A stretch of DNA of 64,000 nt from an uncultured Acidobacteriota bacterium (GCA_963795005.1 CAWCGE010000016.1:1314-65313), one strand, 5' to 3'. Positions 7,413 to 17,912 are shown, counted from the stretch's first letter. The notes: generated from the letters alone by a model not told the origin. Program-made: numbers and translations.

Positions 7413-10400
7413 ATGCTCACCTTTCACGGTAGAATAGCATCTTACAGTCGAATGACTTCCCTCCGCCATTGCTGGCACCGTTCCCTTAAACCCGCGGCAA
7501 CCTTACCGGGCCGGATCCTGATTGCCGCCTTGGCGGCGCTCCCTGCGTTTTTCTTTTCGCTCTTGACGCCGAACGTCTCGGTCGTAAACGCCTTCCCGCA
7601 TCCTCAAGACGAGCAATCGTCCTCGGCGCAGAAACAGATTCAAAATCCTCCAGCTACAACTAACATTTCGCCTCTAGAGCAGAAACTGCCGTCGCCTCCT
7701 GGTAAGGCCGACGTCAAGAAGGGCAAACAGGCTTATAAGCAGGGCCTCAAGCTGGAAGAGTCGGGCGATTGGCAGGCGGCCTACGATGGCTATTCCGAGG
7801 CCGTGGATTGGGACCCCAGCATTCGAGAGTATTGGGTGCGACAGGCCGTTGCGAAAGGCCACGTAGTGCAAATGAAGGTTGATCTGGCGGAGCGCGAGGC
7901 GGTGTCTGGCCGGCTCCTGGATGCGCTGCACGCCATGCGCGAGGCACGGGAGCTGGATCCATCGAACCGCACCGTCCAGGAGCGCCTGAGCGAACTGGAG
8001 GCTCTCGATCCAGCGCGCCTCAGGCAAGTCGCCGCCAGCCCTGGACTCGCGCCTGAAGTCCGGCTGGAGCACCGCCCCGGGACCCGATCCTTTGAACTGC
8101 GCGGCCAAACGCAGGGGGCGTATCAAGAAGTGGCCCAGAGATTCGGCGTCGAGGTTGCGTTTGATGTGGACCTGCGCAACGAGCCCGTGCGCCTCGACCT
8201 GAAGGACGTTGACTTTGCCACGGTCATGCGCGTCCTGGAGGAGGAGACGGGGACCTTTTGGAGGCCCCTCACCAAACACTTGTTCTTTGTGGCGCAAGAT
8301 ACGGCGCAGAAGCGCAAGGACTACGACGTTTCAATCGCTCGCACCGTGCTGTTCTCCGCTTCGGAAACAAACGAGCAAATGACCGAACTGTCGCGGATGG
8401 TCCGCGAAGTTGCCGGAATAACTCGAACGGACCTTGATTTGAAGAGCCACACGCTGACGATGCGCGCTTCTCCGCAAGCGATCGCCGTCGCCACCGGCAT
8501 CATTGAGGACCTGGAACAGCCGCCCGCCGAACTGATCCTGGAACTTGAAGTCCTTGAAGTGGATCGCAATCGCAACAGGGATTTGGGTATCACGGGACCG
8601 CAGACCGCGACGATTTACTCCATTCCATCGAACGCGCAGCAACTCGTGGCGGAAGGTGGTGCCGCGGCGCTCAACGCCTTGCTGGAACAAGTTTTTGGAT
8701 CGTCGTCATCGATCCCGGGCCTGTTCGCTTTCGGCGGAGGGAAGACGACTTTTTTGGGCACACTCCCAGGGGCTGCCGCCAGTTTTTCGAATATGCTCTC
8801 GACCGTGCGCACGGGCCACCGCGTTCTACTACGAGCCGAGGACGGCCTGCCGGCTTCCTTTTTTGTGGGTGAACGCTTTCCAGTTTCCCTGGCGCAGTAC
8901 TCTTCCAGCCTGGTCGGTAACGCCAATAGCACCGCTACCGGCACCCCCACGGTCTCCAGCGGCTCCGCCTCCAGTCTCCCCATCACAACCCTCGCGACCG
9001 GAACCAACCCTGACTTCGTGGTTACGGGCGACCTGAACAACGATAACTTTCAAGATATCGTCGCGGCAAATTTTACGGACGGAACCCTTTCGGTGTTCTT
9101 AGGCGCTGGCTTGGGTACCTTCGGCACTCCCAGCACGGTTCCTGTCGGCAAGGGACCGACATGGATCGCCACGGGAAACTTCAACGCCAAGACCAACACG
9201 AGCGGAATTATCGATCTCGCAGTTGCGAATCAGGTAGACAACACCGTCTCGATCCTGCTGGGAAACGGCGATGGAACCTTTGCGGTGGCGCCTTCCTCGC
9301 CACTTGTGCTGCCAAGTGGCGCAAGTCCCACTGCAATCGCGGTGGGAGACTTTAACAAAGATGGTTTCGCGGACTTGGCAGTGGTCAATATGACGGCCAA
9401 CACCGTAAGCATTTTCCTGGGCAACGGTGATGGCACCTTTAAGACGCCGACTACGGTGGTCACCGGCAGCGCGCCAACTTCGATTGTCGCCGAGGCATTC
9501 AATCCCAGCAATCCATCACTTATAGATTTGGCCGTGACGAACTCCGTTGACAACACGCTTGAGATCTTCATCGGCAATGGAGATGGCACATTTCAGAAAG
9601 GCGTCACCTACGCCACGGGCGTGACCCCGGTATATGTCGCATCCGCTGACGTCAATGTCGACGGCAATCTGGATTTGGTGGTGGCCGATAGTGGCGCGGC
9701 CACCGCCTCGAACACCGTAGGCAATAGTGTCTCGGTTTTCTTGGGCAATGGCGACGGCACGTTCATCCTGCCGGGCGGCACGAGGATGGACTTTCCCGCC
9801 GGAACAAATCCCACATCCATCGCCATCGCCGATTATAATCAAGACGGCCTGCTGGATCTCGCCGTCACGGCGACTGGAGACAACTCTTTCGCATTGCTGC
9901 TTGGCGCTGGTGGTGGCGCGTTTAACTCTCCGATTGAGGTGCCCGTAGGCACTACTCCGGATTCGGTCGCGACCGCCGATTTCAACGGCGACGGGCTGCC
10001 TGACCTCGCAATTTCGAATTTCGGCTCGAACAGCGTGTCGGTGATTCTCGATTCGTCGTCGCTTATTGGCCTTCTTTCCAGCAATGGAGTCGGCACGCAA
10101 TTCCCGGGCGCCGAATATATGGACATCGGGCTGAAGGTAAAGGCCACGCCTCGAGTTCATCCGGACGGCGACGTCTCACTGCAATTCGAGTTTACCCTCA
10201 GCAGCCTCGCTGCCAACAGCGTCAACAACATTCCGGTGGTCAACAATCAGGAAATCCATCAGACCGTGCGCGTGAGGATCGACCAAACCGCCGCGCTCGC
10301 AGCTTACCTCGCGCCGCAAAACAGCACTTCGCTGAATGGTTCGCCCGGGCTGGGCAGCTTGCCGCTCAACGGCATCATCGGCGGGACGACCACCACGCAG

Positions 10401-10718
10401 TATTCCGACACCGAGTTATTGATCCTGGTGACGCCGCGGATGGTGGAGATGGCGGCGCCGCGCAAGGACCACCTGATCTATGCAGGCCGGGGCCAGGTGG
10501 AAGGCCCCTCGTCGCTAGGGCCCACGATTCAAGAACGCCGTGGATTCCAGCTCCCTAATGCGCAGCAGCCGCGGCCAATCGAGACTCAGCCGGAGCCCCA
10601 GCCAGCCCCACAACCAACCCAGCCCCCGCAGCCGCAGCCTCCTGCGGAGCAGTCGCCCGCAGAACAAACGCCAGCGAACGCGCCTCCGCCACAAAATTAC
10701 AACCCGCAGCCGCAGTAG
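7413..10718 (+). CDS. Secretin-family outer-membrane protein with an N-terminal TPR-like region, an internal FG-GAP repeat propeller and a Pro/Gln-rich tail
   Basis: The start may be the second Met at 7452 (MTSLRHCWHRSLKPAATLPGRILIAALAALPAFFF, signal-like). Secretin N-domain and secretin-domain signatures are present: ELILELEVLEVDRNRNRDLGI, VLLRAEDGLPASFFVGERFPV, then, about 370 aa later, AEYMDIGLKVKATPRVHPDGDVSLQFEFTLSSL...ELLILVTPRMV. Seven D-x-N-x-D-G...LAV.N....SVFLGNGDGTF repeats lie between those two parts. Confidence 0.8.
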   Translation: MLTFHGRIASYSRMTSLRHCWHRSLKPAATLPGRILIAALAALPAFFFSLLTPNVSVVNAFPHPQDEQSSSAQKQIQNPPATTNISPLEQKLPSPPGKADVKKGKQAYKQGLKLEESGDWQAAYDGYSEAVDWDPSIREYWVRQAVAKGHVVQMKVDLAEREAVSGRLLDALHAMREARELDPSNRTVQERLSELEALDPARLRQVAASPGLAPEVRLEHRPGTRSFELRGQTQGAYQEVAQRFGVEVAFDVDLRNEPVRLDLKDVDFATVMRVLEEETGTFWRPLTKHLFFVAQDTAQKRKDYDVSIARTVLFSASETNEQMTELSRMVREVAGITRTDLDLKSHTLTMRASPQAIAVATGIIEDLEQPPAELILELEVLEVDRNRNRDLGITGPQTATIYSIPSNAQQLVAEGGAAALNALLEQVFGSSSSIPGLFAFGGGKTTFLGTLPGAAASFSNMLSTVRTGHRVLLRAEDGLPASFFVGERFPVSLAQYSSSLVGNANSTATGTPTVSSGSASSLPITTLATGTNPDFVVTGDLNNDNFQDIVAANFTDGTLSVFLGAGLGTFGTPSTVPVGKGPTWIATGNFNAKTNTSGIIDLAVANQVDNTVSILLGNGDGTFAVAPSSPLVLPSGASPTAIAVGDFNKDGFADLAVVNMTANTVSIFLGNGDGTFKTPTTVVTGSAPTSIVAEAFNPSNPSLIDLAVTNSVDNTLEIFIGNGDGTFQKGVTYATGVTPVYVASADVNVDGNLDLVVADSGAATASNTVGNSVSVFLGNGDGTFILPGGTRMDFPAGTNPTSIAIADYNQDGLLDLAVTATGDNSFALLLGAGGGAFNSPIEVPVGTTPDSVATADFNGDGLPDLAISNFGSNSVSVILDSSSLIGLLSSNGVGTQFPGAEYMDIGLKVKATPRVHPDGDVSLQFEFTLSSLAANSVNNIPVVNNQEIHQTVRVRIDQTAALAAYLAPQNSTSLNGSPGLGSLPLNGIIGGTTTTQYSDTELLILVTPRMVEMAAPRKDHLIYAGRGQVEGPSSLGPTIQERRGFQLPNAQQPRPIETQPEPQPAPQPTQPPQPQPPAEQSPAEQTPANAPPPQNYNPQPQ
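9020..10055 (+). repeat. Seven tandem FG-GAP/VCBS-type coding repeats inside the secretin gene
   Basis: The repeats are TGDLNNDNFQDIVAAN, TGNFNAKTNTSGIIDLAVAN, VGDFNKDGFADLAVVN, AEAFNPSNPSLIDLAVTN, SADVNVDGNLDLVVAD, IADYNQDGLLDLAVTA and TADFNGDGLPDLAISN. Most are followed by ...S(V/I)(F/L)LGNGDGTF. Confidence 0.8.
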
Positions 10719-10803
10719 CGGCAGGATAATCTTCCCCGAGTCCGTTGGACGCGCAACACTTGCAGAAAAAGGTGAACCGCAGCCTGCTCCAACGGGCCGA
10801 GTC

Positions 10804-11778
10804 CTAAGGCATTGCTTCCAAAACCACCAGTGGTTGATAGGTGCGGGGAACGACCGGCTCGGCGATCGCGATCAATTGGCCTTGCTGGTTAAATACGCGA
10901 AGGCGTGAGGGCTTCCAATCACCCGAGTCCAGCTGCTCTGGAGCATTCTGCGCCGAACTGGCGAGTCCCGGCTGAATCTGCGCGAGCGTCAAATTGAATT
11001 TCGCGCCGTGGCGCACGCGTTTTTCGACTACGGGCAGCACGGTCGCGCGCGGCAGGTCGGTCAGCAATTTTTCAAGCGGAATTACGCGCTCGAGCAAACT
11101 TCCTGCTTTGGCATCTTCTTCAAGCTCGGCAAGCGAAAGGGCGTCATCCAAGGTGAATTCGCCGACCGCTGTGCGCGTGATCTCCGCCAAGTGCGCGCCG
11201 GAGCCTTGCAACTTTCCCAAGTCATACGCCAGCGAGCGGATGTATGTTCCGGCGCCACACTCCACGAGAAAACGAGCCACCGAGCCTTGCACACCAGTTA
11301 GCCGGAACTCGAATACTTCCACTTCCTTGGGCTCCAGCTTCACCGGCTTATTTTTTCTCGCGAGCTCGTGCGCCGGACGGCCATGAATTTTTTTTGCGGA
11401 ATACGCAGGGGGAATCTGCTGAATCTTGCCGACAAAGCGAGCCGCGTGTGCGGCAATTTCTGGGGCGTTCACCGTCGGAGCTGAATCTGGACCGAGAGGT
11501 TCACCGTCGGCATCATACGTGTCGGTTTCAAAACCGAAACGCACAGCGCACGTATAACGCTTGCGGCGGCCTGTATAAAAACGCGCCAGACGTGTAGCGC
11601 GACCGAGAGCCACCACCAACACGCCCGTCGCCAGCGGATCGAGCGTGCCCAAGTGCCCGATGCCGCGAAAACCTAACAGGCGGCGCACGGACTCAACCAC
11701 GTCATGGGAAGTCCTTTCACTTGGCTTGTTGACGACGAGTATTCCGTCGCAGGGAGGAGTTTTGGGTGCGCGAGACAT
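10804..11778 (-). CDS. truB: tRNA pseudouridine(55) synthase
   Basis: The protein contains GILVVNKPSERTSHDVVESVRRLLGFRGIGHLGTLDPLATGVLVVALGRATRL. It is the last gene of the nusA-infB operon. Confidence 0.92.
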   Translation of the reverse strand: MSRAPKTPPCDGILVVNKPSERTSHDVVESVRRLLGFRGIGHLGTLDPLATGVLVVALGRATRLARFYTGRRKRYTCAVRFGFETDTYDADGEPLGPDSAPTVNAPEIAAHAARFVGKIQQIPPAYSAKKIHGRPAHELARKNKPVKLEPKEVEVFEFRLTGVQGSVARFLVECGAGTYIRSLAYDLGKLQGSGAHLAEITRTAVGEFTLDDALSLAELEEDAKAGSLLERVIPLEKLLTDLPRATVLPVVEKRVRHGAKFNLTLAQIQPGLASSAQNAPEQLDSGDWKPSRLRVFNQQGQLIAIAEPVVPRTYQPLVVLEAMP

Positions 11779-11893
11779 GATGTGGTTGTAGCGCTGGATT
11801 ATTTCGGGAATCTGTCATCCGCAAGGCCAAAGGCCCTACGGAGGAATGCAGGGCGTCTCCTCGTTCAAGCTGGATTGGCCAAGCGTGGCGGCG

Positions 11894-12262
11894 CTACGGA
11901 GTGTGATCCTCCGGAGTCTTGGCTTTGCGCAGCAAGTTCTCGATGCGCTGGCCGTATTCTTCCGTCTCATCGAGGATGAAGAGCACCTCGGGCGCGCGGC
12001 GCATGTGCAGCCGCTCGACCAGCTCGTGGCGCACGTAACCCTTCGCGGCCTGTAGACCCTCGAGGGTGGTCGCGCGCTCGGCCGGATCACCCGCCAAACT
12101 CACAAACACGCGCACCGTGCGCATTCCCGCGCCCATGCGCACTTCCGTTACCAGCACCGGCGCAGCGAGCCGCGGATCCTTAAGTTCTCCTGCCAGCATC
12201 AAACTTACTTCGTTGCGAATTTCCTCGGCGATGCGCTCCGAGCGATGTCCTTGAATCGTCAT
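11894..12262 (-). CDS. rbfA: Ribosome-binding factor A
   Basis: The protein contains RSERIAEEIRNEVSLMLAGELKDPRL and sits in the conserved operon context. Confidence 0.9.
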   Translation of the reverse strand: MTIQGHRSERIAEEIRNEVSLMLAGELKDPRLAAPVLVTEVRMGAGMRTVRVFVSLAGDPAERATTLEGLQAAKGYVRHELVERLHMRRAPEVLFILDETEEYGQRIENLLRKAKTPEDHTP

Positions 12263-12558
12263 GCACCTTCCTCATTCTCGAAATATTCCACTTCCTGCGA
12301 GACCAAATCGCGACCCAACACGCGCTCGGACTCCGCCGCGATTTCCGCCAGCGATTTCTCCAGATATCCGACGTCGCCTGAAATCGTCACCACGCCGATG
12401 CGCGAGCGCTGCCAGGTGTCCTGATGCTCGAGCTCCGCGACGGCCACGTTGTAATGAGCCCTCAGGCGGTCCTTCAAGCTACGCAGAACTTGCCGTTTGT
12501 CCTTGAGGGACTGCGCATCGAGGATGTGAATTTCCAGGGTAAGGAGGCCGATCGGCAT
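12259..12558 (-). CDS. DUF503 (YlxP-like) protein
   Basis: I trimmed track ORF 12259..12777 to MPIGLLTLEIHILDAQSLKDKRQVLRSLKDRLRAHYNVAVAELEHQD.... The upstream extension is Arg/Ser-rich junk that overlaps the infB 3' end. The position between infB and rbfA is typical for this family. Confidence 0.8.
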   Translation of the reverse strand: MPIGLLTLEIHILDAQSLKDKRQVLRSLKDRLRAHYNVAVAELEHQDTWQRSRIGVVTISGDVGYLEKSLAEIAAESERVLGRDLVSQEVEYFENEEGA

Positions 12559-12619
12559 TTTCGTAGTGGCGCAGTCACGCTGGGCTGCGCGGTGGAACCT
12601 TCCGCGCCAGGAAACTGCG

Positions 12620-15523
12620 TTACTGCGTCCTGACGCGCTCTGCCGCCGCAGCGCGCTCCGGCCGGGGACGATCTGGCGGAGGCGGAGGAAGCGCCGCGGT
12701 TTTCTCGATCGCAAAACACTCAAGTATATCGCCAACTTTGACGTCGGCAAAATTCGATACACCAATGCCGCATTCAAATCCCTGGCGGACTTCCTTCACG
12801 TCATCCTTAAAGCGCTTGAGCGAGCTCACTCTGCCGGTATAAATCACCGAGGCTTCGCGAATCACGCGAACTTCGGCATCGCGTTTGATGATGCCATCGA
12901 GCACCGAGCAGCCCGCGATGGTGCCCACACCCTTGACGCGGAAGGTGTCACGCACTTCGGCGCGGCCCAGGAATTGCTCCTTGATCACGGGCGCCAGCAA
13001 ACCCTCGACGGCCTTCTGCAACTCGTCCAGCAACTCATAGATGATCGTGTGCGTGCGAATGTCCACGCCTTCGCGCTGCGCCAGTTCCGCGGCCTTGCGC
13101 TCCGGCCGCACATTGAAAGCCACGATCACCGCACTCGAAGTGGACGCGAGAAGGACGTCGCTTTCGTTCACCGCTCCCACGCTCGCGTGAATCACTTTCA
13201 GTTTCACTTGATCGTTCGAAAGCTTCGGCAGCATTTCGTTCAGCACTTCCACCGAACCCTGCACGTCCGCCTTCACCACCACGGGCAATTCCTTCACTTC
13301 ACCGATCTTCAATTGCTCGTGCAGCTGATCCAGCGTCAGGCGACCGCTCGCCGATTTCGCCAACGTCGCTTCGCGCGCCTTGCCCTGGCGGTATTCGACG
13401 ATGTGTCGCGCTTTGGCTTCGTCCGCCACCTGGAATTGATCGCCCGCTTCCGGCACGCCCTGCAAGCCGAGGACTTCGACCGGCGTCGAAGGACCCGCCT
13501 GCTTGATCGCTCCACCGCGATCGTCGAACATCGCGCGCACTTTGCCATACACCGCGCCGACGATGAATACGTCGCCGACGTGTAGCGTGCCGTTCTGCAC
13601 GAGCATGGTTGCCACGGGGCCGCGGCCCTTATCCACACGCGATTCCAGCACGGTCCCGCTTGCGGGCACGCCGGGATCCGCCTTCAACTCGCGCATGTCG
13701 CCAACCAGCAAGATCATTTCCAACAGCTTGGGAAGGTTCTTTTTCGTCTTGGCCGAGACTTCCACCATCACGGTGTCGCCGCCCCACTCTTCGGGCATCA
13801 AGCCTTTGTCGGAGAGCTGGCGCTTCACGCGTTCAGGCTGGGCGTCGGGTTTGTCCACCTTGTTGATAGCTACAACGATTGGCACCCCCGCGGCGCGCGC
13901 GTGTGAGATAGCTTCCTCGGTCTGCGGCATCATGCCGTCGTCCGCGGCCACCACCAGCACCACGATGTCGGTAACCTTGGCACCGCGTGCGCGCATGCGC
14001 GTGAAGGCCTCATGGCCCGGCGTATCCACGAACACGATGCGCTTCCCTTGCACGTGCGCTTCGTACGCGCCGATGTGCTGCGTAATTCCGCCGGCTTCGC
14101 CGCCAGCCACGTCCGCTTCGCGGATGGCATCCAGCAGGCTGGTCTTGCCGTGATCCACATGGCCCATCACGGTGACCACGGGCGCGCGCGCGACTTCATT
14201 GCCAGTGCGCTCTTCTTTGACCTTTTCTTCCTGCACCAACTGCTCTTCAAAGCTGACGACTTGGACTACGCCGTTGAACGCTTCGGCCAGGCTTGTGGCC
14301 GTCGGCACGTCGAGCGCCTGGTTAATGCTTGCGAATACGCCGCGGTCAAGCAAAGTCTTCAACAAGTCCTTGGCGCGAATATCGAGTTTTTCAGCCAGCT
14401 CGCGGACGGTGATTCCTTCCGTCACAGTCAGAGGGCGCGGTTCGCGTTTTACCGGTGCCACCGGCTCAATGGCAGTTGCACGTCCTCCGGGGCCAACGCC
14501 CGCGCGCGGGCGAACCGGATGCAGCTTGCGCTCGCCTTCCGCGTATCGCTTTTCGATGAGCGGCCGGCCACGCGCCGCAGGTTTCCGGGCATAGAGCGGC
14601 TTGCCGGGTTCAGCCTTCGGGACTCCCGCGCCAGGACGCTGCCCGCCGACTGGCGCTTTATTGTCACGACCTCCCGAACCACCACCGCCAGGACGCGTCG
14701 GGAACCGTGAAGGCGGCCCGCCGGGACGCTGGCCGGGTGCTCCGCCAGGTCGACCTTGCGGCGCGCTACTCGGACGATATTGTTGTGGCGCTCCAGCTGG
14801 GCGCAGGCCCTGCGGAGCACCTGGACGACCTTGCCCAGGACTCGAAGGAACCCCGGGACGCGCTGGATATCGTTGCCCTGGCGCTGGAGCGCCACCAGGC
14901 CGTACTGCGCCGCTCGGTGCCGCTGCCGCTGGACGTGCCGCCGAAGGAGCCCCGGGAGCCGTGCCCGGCGTCGCAGGCCGAAGAGGTACGCCAGGTCGTG
15001 GTCCCAACGCCGCTGGTGCCGAAGCGGGTCTTGCCGCCGCAGGTGACGCAGGCGGCGCCAGGGGTGCTGCTCCGGGTCTTGCCGCGGCTGGAGCAGCGCC
15101 AATTGGATGTGTCGCAGAAGGACGAGCATTTGGCGACGTCGCCGGTGCGGCAGGACGCGCGGTTCCTGGCGCTACCGCGGGACTGGTTGGCAGGCTTCCG
15201 GGTTTTGCGACTGTTGCTGGCGCGGCGCTGGCAGCCGGCTTAGCAGTGATTCCAGCAGGGGCAGCTGGTACCGCAACGCCTGGCCTCGGCGCGGACTTTT
15301 TACCCGCGGCCTTGGCAGACTTGTCCGCTTCCGCAGCCTCTTCGGCGGCCGCCAGACCGCGGAAATGCTTGCGCACCAACTCAGCGTGCTGCAAGTCGAT
15401 CGAACTCGAGTGCGTCTTTTTTTCCGTGACGCCGACTTCCGGCAGGAAGTCGATCAAAACCTTCGCTTTGATCTCCAGTTCGCGCGCCAGTTCATTGATA
15501 CGGACTTGATTGGAATCTGCCAT
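12620..15523 (-). CDS. infB: Translation initiation factor IF-2
   Basis: The 967-aa protein has the G-domain motifs [25 protein letters not shown] and NKVD. It also has a long Pro/Ala/Gly-rich N-terminal linker. Confidence 0.97.
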   Translation of the reverse strand: MADSNQVRINELARELEIKAKVLIDFLPEVGVTEKKTHSSSIDLQHAELVRKHFRGLAAAEEAAEADKSAKAAGKKSAPRPGVAVPAAPAGITAKPAASAAPATVAKPGSLPTSPAVAPGTARPAAPATSPNARPSATHPIGAAPAAARPGAAPLAPPASPAAARPASAPAALGPRPGVPLRPATPGTAPGAPSAARPAAAAPSGAVRPGGAPAPGQRYPARPGVPSSPGQGRPGAPQGLRPAGAPQQYRPSSAPQGRPGGAPGQRPGGPPSRFPTRPGGGGSGGRDNKAPVGGQRPGAGVPKAEPGKPLYARKPAARGRPLIEKRYAEGERKLHPVRPRAGVGPGGRATAIEPVAPVKREPRPLTVTEGITVRELAEKLDIRAKDLLKTLLDRGVFASINQALDVPTATSLAEAFNGVVQVVSFEEQLVQEEKVKEERTGNEVARAPVVTVMGHVDHGKTSLLDAIREADVAGGEAGGITQHIGAYEAHVQGKRIVFVDTPGHEAFTRMRARGAKVTDIVVLVVAADDGMMPQTEEAISHARAAGVPIVVAINKVDKPDAQPERVKRQLSDKGLMPEEWGGDTVMVEVSAKTKKNLPKLLEMILLVGDMRELKADPGVPASGTVLESRVDKGRGPVATMLVQNGTLHVGDVFIVGAVYGKVRAMFDDRGGAIKQAGPSTPVEVLGLQGVPEAGDQFQVADEAKARHIVEYRQGKAREATLAKSASGRLTLDQLHEQLKIGEVKELPVVVKADVQGSVEVLNEMLPKLSNDQVKLKVIHASVGAVNESDVLLASTSSAVIVAFNVRPERKAAELAQREGVDIRTHTIIYELLDELQKAVEGLLAPVIKEQFLGRAEVRDTFRVKGVGTIAGCSVLDGIIKRDAEVRVIREASVIYTGRVSSLKRFKDDVKEVRQGFECGIGVSNFADVKVGDILECFAIEKTAALPPPPPDRPRPERAAAAERVRTQ

Positions 15524-15613
15524 TCGCCTCTATCTTCCTTGGTGCTCCGCGATGCCATTCACAATTTACACGACGATCTTCCACCGGCCAGCTCGACGCG
15601 GGTCGTGATCACG

Positions 15614-17167
15614 CTACGGCTTTTCCGCGCCTTCTTCGGTCTCGCCGATTGCTTCTTCCCTCACTTCTTCACTGGCCTCTTCGGTCGCTTCATCAAGCGC
15701 TTCTGCCTCGGCTTTGGCAGCCGCGGGATTCACGGTAGCGGCTTCTTGCGGCTCGCCAGATTCGTCCGCAGCCACTTGCTCCGTAGCTTCCTCGGTCGCT
15801 TCGTCCACCGATGCAGCCTCTTCTTCCGCAGCAGCCTCCGTTTCGACAGCGGTGCCGTCACTTTCCGCAACGCCCGCCGCTTCGGGCGCGGCGGTAGCGG
15901 AGGCTTCCAGGGCTTCGAAGTACGCGGCCACCGACTGATGAATCTTCTCCACCATTTTCTCGCCGATACCTGGAATCTCCACCAGCTGTTCGGGCGTCAT
16001 GTCCGCTAGCTTCTCGATGGAGGAAATCCCCGCCGCTTCGAGTTTCTCGATGGTCTTCGGACCGACGCCCGCGAGCTCGGTCAACGCCGTGCCAGGCGCG
16101 GTGAGAGCCGCCATCTGTGCTTCAATCTCGCGGCGCTTCTCTTCTTCGCTCTTGATGTCAATATTCCAGCCGATCAATTTGCTGGCGAGCCGCACGTTCT
16201 GGCCCTTTTTCCCGATGGCCAGCGAAAGCTGCGTATCCTCGACGATCACTTCCAGGCGCTTCTCTTCCGGATCGATCACCTGTACGCGAGTCACCTTCGC
16301 GGGACTCAGCGCCTTTTGCGCGAACGCGACGGTCTCCTCGTTGTACGGGATGATGTCAATCTTCTCGCCGCGCAACTCGCGAATGATGGACTGCACGCGC
16401 ATGCCCTTCATTCCCACGCACGCGCCCACCGGATCCACATCTTTGTCGCGGCTTTCGACCGCAATCTTTGTGCGTTCTCCTGCTTCGCGAGCCACCGCGC
16501 GAATCTGCACGGTGCCGTCGTAAATTTCCGGCACTTCCATCTCGAATAAACGTTGCACCAGGGCGGGATCGGCGCGCGAGACCACCACCTGCGGACCTTT
16601 GGCAGCCCGTTCCACCGCGCGAATCGTGACGCGCAGGCGATCGCCCACGTTGTACGCTTCCAGGCGCGACTGTTCGCGCTTCGGCAAACGCGCTTCGGTG
16701 CGGCCCATGTCCACGATGATGTCCGGCCCTTCCATACGCTTCACTACACTATTGATCAGCTCACCGACGCGGGTGTGAAATTCGTTGTAGATCGTATCGC
16801 GCTCGGCTTCGCGCACTTTCTGCAGGATCACCTGCTTGGCCGTTTGCGCGGCGATGCGGCCCAGAACGTCCGTAGGCTTGTTTTCGGTGATCTCGCCGCC
16901 TACTTCGATTTCCGGCTGGCGCTTGCGCGCGTCGTTCAAGGAAATTTCGCGCACGGGATCCGCAACCTCCTCAACCACCGTGTGCACTGAATACACGTCT
17001 ACCTGGCCGGTATCCGCATTGAACTTCGAACGGAGTTCCTCCTCGGTACGGTAATATTTCCGCGCCGCCACCACCATCGCGTCCTCAATGGCCGCGACGA
17101 TGATCTCCGGTTCAATGTGCTTCTCCCGGCTGATCAGCTCGATTTGCTGGTACAGCTGACTCGCCAT
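15614..17167 (-). CDS. nusA: Transcription termination/antitermination factor NusA with an acidic Ala/Glu-rich C-terminal tail
   Basis: The N-terminal domain, S1 domain and two KH domains are present (VVSRADPALVQRLFEMEVPEIYDGTVQIRAVAREAGERTKIAV...). An HhH motif follows (LAGVGPKTIEKLEAAGISSIEKLA), then about 100 aa of E/A-rich low complexity. Confidence 0.95.
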   Translation of the reverse strand: MASQLYQQIELISREKHIEPEIIVAAIEDAMVVAARKYYRTEEELRSKFNADTGQVDVYSVHTVVEEVADPVREISLNDARKRQPEIEVGGEITENKPTDVLGRIAAQTAKQVILQKVREAERDTIYNEFHTRVGELINSVVKRMEGPDIIVDMGRTEARLPKREQSRLEAYNVGDRLRVTIRAVERAAKGPQVVVSRADPALVQRLFEMEVPEIYDGTVQIRAVAREAGERTKIAVESRDKDVDPVGACVGMKGMRVQSIIRELRGEKIDIIPYNEETVAFAQKALSPAKVTRVQVIDPEEKRLEVIVEDTQLSLAIGKKGQNVRLASKLIGWNIDIKSEEEKRREIEAQMAALTAPGTALTELAGVGPKTIEKLEAAGISSIEKLADMTPEQLVEIPGIGEKMVEKIHQSVAAYFEALEASATAAPEAAGVAESDGTAVETEAAAEEEAASVDEATEEATEQVAADESGEPQEAATVNPAAAKAEAEALDEATEEASEEVREEAIGETEEGAEKP

Positions 17168-17249
17168 TCGCGCTTCTCCCGTACTGCTCGTCCATGAAGT
17201 TATGAAAACCGTTCCACAAAAATGGAATCACCGCTAATTCCAACGGCCC

Positions 17250-17723
17250 TTACAGTTCCACCACCAGATTCGCTTTCTTGATCCCCGCGTACGGCACATC
17301 CAACTTGCGATCCCGCACCGTGACCTTTACCACTCCGTCGGCGTATCCGGCCAGGCGCCCCTCCAGATACGCTTGCTTCTCGATCGGCTCGTTCAGCCAG
17401 ATTTTCGCCAATCGTCCTGCGAAACGCTCGTAATCCGCCGGCTTGATCAGCTTGCGGTCCAGCCCGGGCGAACTAACTTCCAGGATGTATGCCGGCCCAG
17501 GCACCAAATCTTCCACGTCCAGGATCACGCTGAGCTGCTCGCTCACCCGCTCGCAATCCTTGTGGGTCACACCCAAGCCTTCCGGGTTCTGCGGGCCGGG
17601 CAGCCGGTCGATATAGACGCGCAGCAAACGCTGCTTGCCGATCTTCCACTCGACGTCGAAAATTTCGAGGCCGAGCGAGCCTGCCACCCGCTCGGCCGCA
17701 TTGCGAATCTTTTCCAGTTCCAT
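17250..17723 (-). CDS. rimP: Ribosome maturation factor RimP
   Basis: The 157-aa protein contains LLRVYIDR...GVTHKDCERVSEQLSVILDVEDLVPGPAYILEVSSPGLDRKL and lies directly upstream of nusA. Confidence 0.9.
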   Translation of the reverse strand: MELEKIRNAAERVAGSLGLEIFDVEWKIGKQRLLRVYIDRLPGPQNPEGLGVTHKDCERVSEQLSVILDVEDLVPGPAYILEVSSPGLDRKLIKPADYERFAGRLAKIWLNEPIEKQAYLEGRLAGYADGVVKVTVRDRKLDVPYAGIKKANLVVEL

Positions 17724-17889
17724 TCTATTCTAACGGCAATATTTAGCTCACGGCCAGAGTGGAGCCAGGCGCCGTCCAACCCGAGTTCCTCCACTTCCAT
17801 TCTAACCCGCGTCCCAGCCGTACTAGCGCTTCGTATGCAGGCACCTTTAGCAACGACGCTTCGGCGCTTGGCCATTTGTCGCGTCCAAC

Positions 17890-17912
17890 AAAAAAAGTGG
17901 GCTCGCGCCCAC
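17890..17912 (-). terminator. Intrinsic-terminator-like hairpin plus a T7 tract in the rimP leader
   Basis: The minus strand reads GTGGGC-GCGA-GCCCAC followed directly by TTTTTTT. It lies about 165 nt upstream of the rimP ATG and about 25 nt downstream of a promoter-like element. Confidence 0.6.

Noticed and set aside
9020-10055. Regularly spaced repeats that could be mistaken for a CRISPR-like or tandem DNA array (also 40920..41460)
   Set aside because: The periodicity is at the protein level, from FG-GAP blades and GG(G/H/N)I strands. It lies inside intact ORFs, the nucleotide units are divergent, and there is no repeat-spacer structure.
10719-10803. CCGTTGGA ... TCCAACGG inverted repeat between the secretin and truB stops as a terminator
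   Set aside because: The loop is about 37 nt and neither strand has a T-tract, so the evidence is too weak to call.
14500-15330. Pro/Ala/Gly-rich low-complexity N-terminal region of IF-2 and the acidic tail of NusA (15614-15930) as unusual features
   Set aside because: Such linkers are common in IF-2 and NusA of high-GC bacteria and are not evidence of a novel function.
12566-15509. Long plus-strand ORFs (12566..13585, 13503..14153, 14012..14710, 14601..15509, 14707..15243) and extra minus-frame ORFs overlapping infB
   Set aside because: They lie antisense to or out of frame with a complete, motif-bearing IF-2 gene. Their Arg/Ala/Pro/Gly-rich composition is what GC-rich shadow frames produce.
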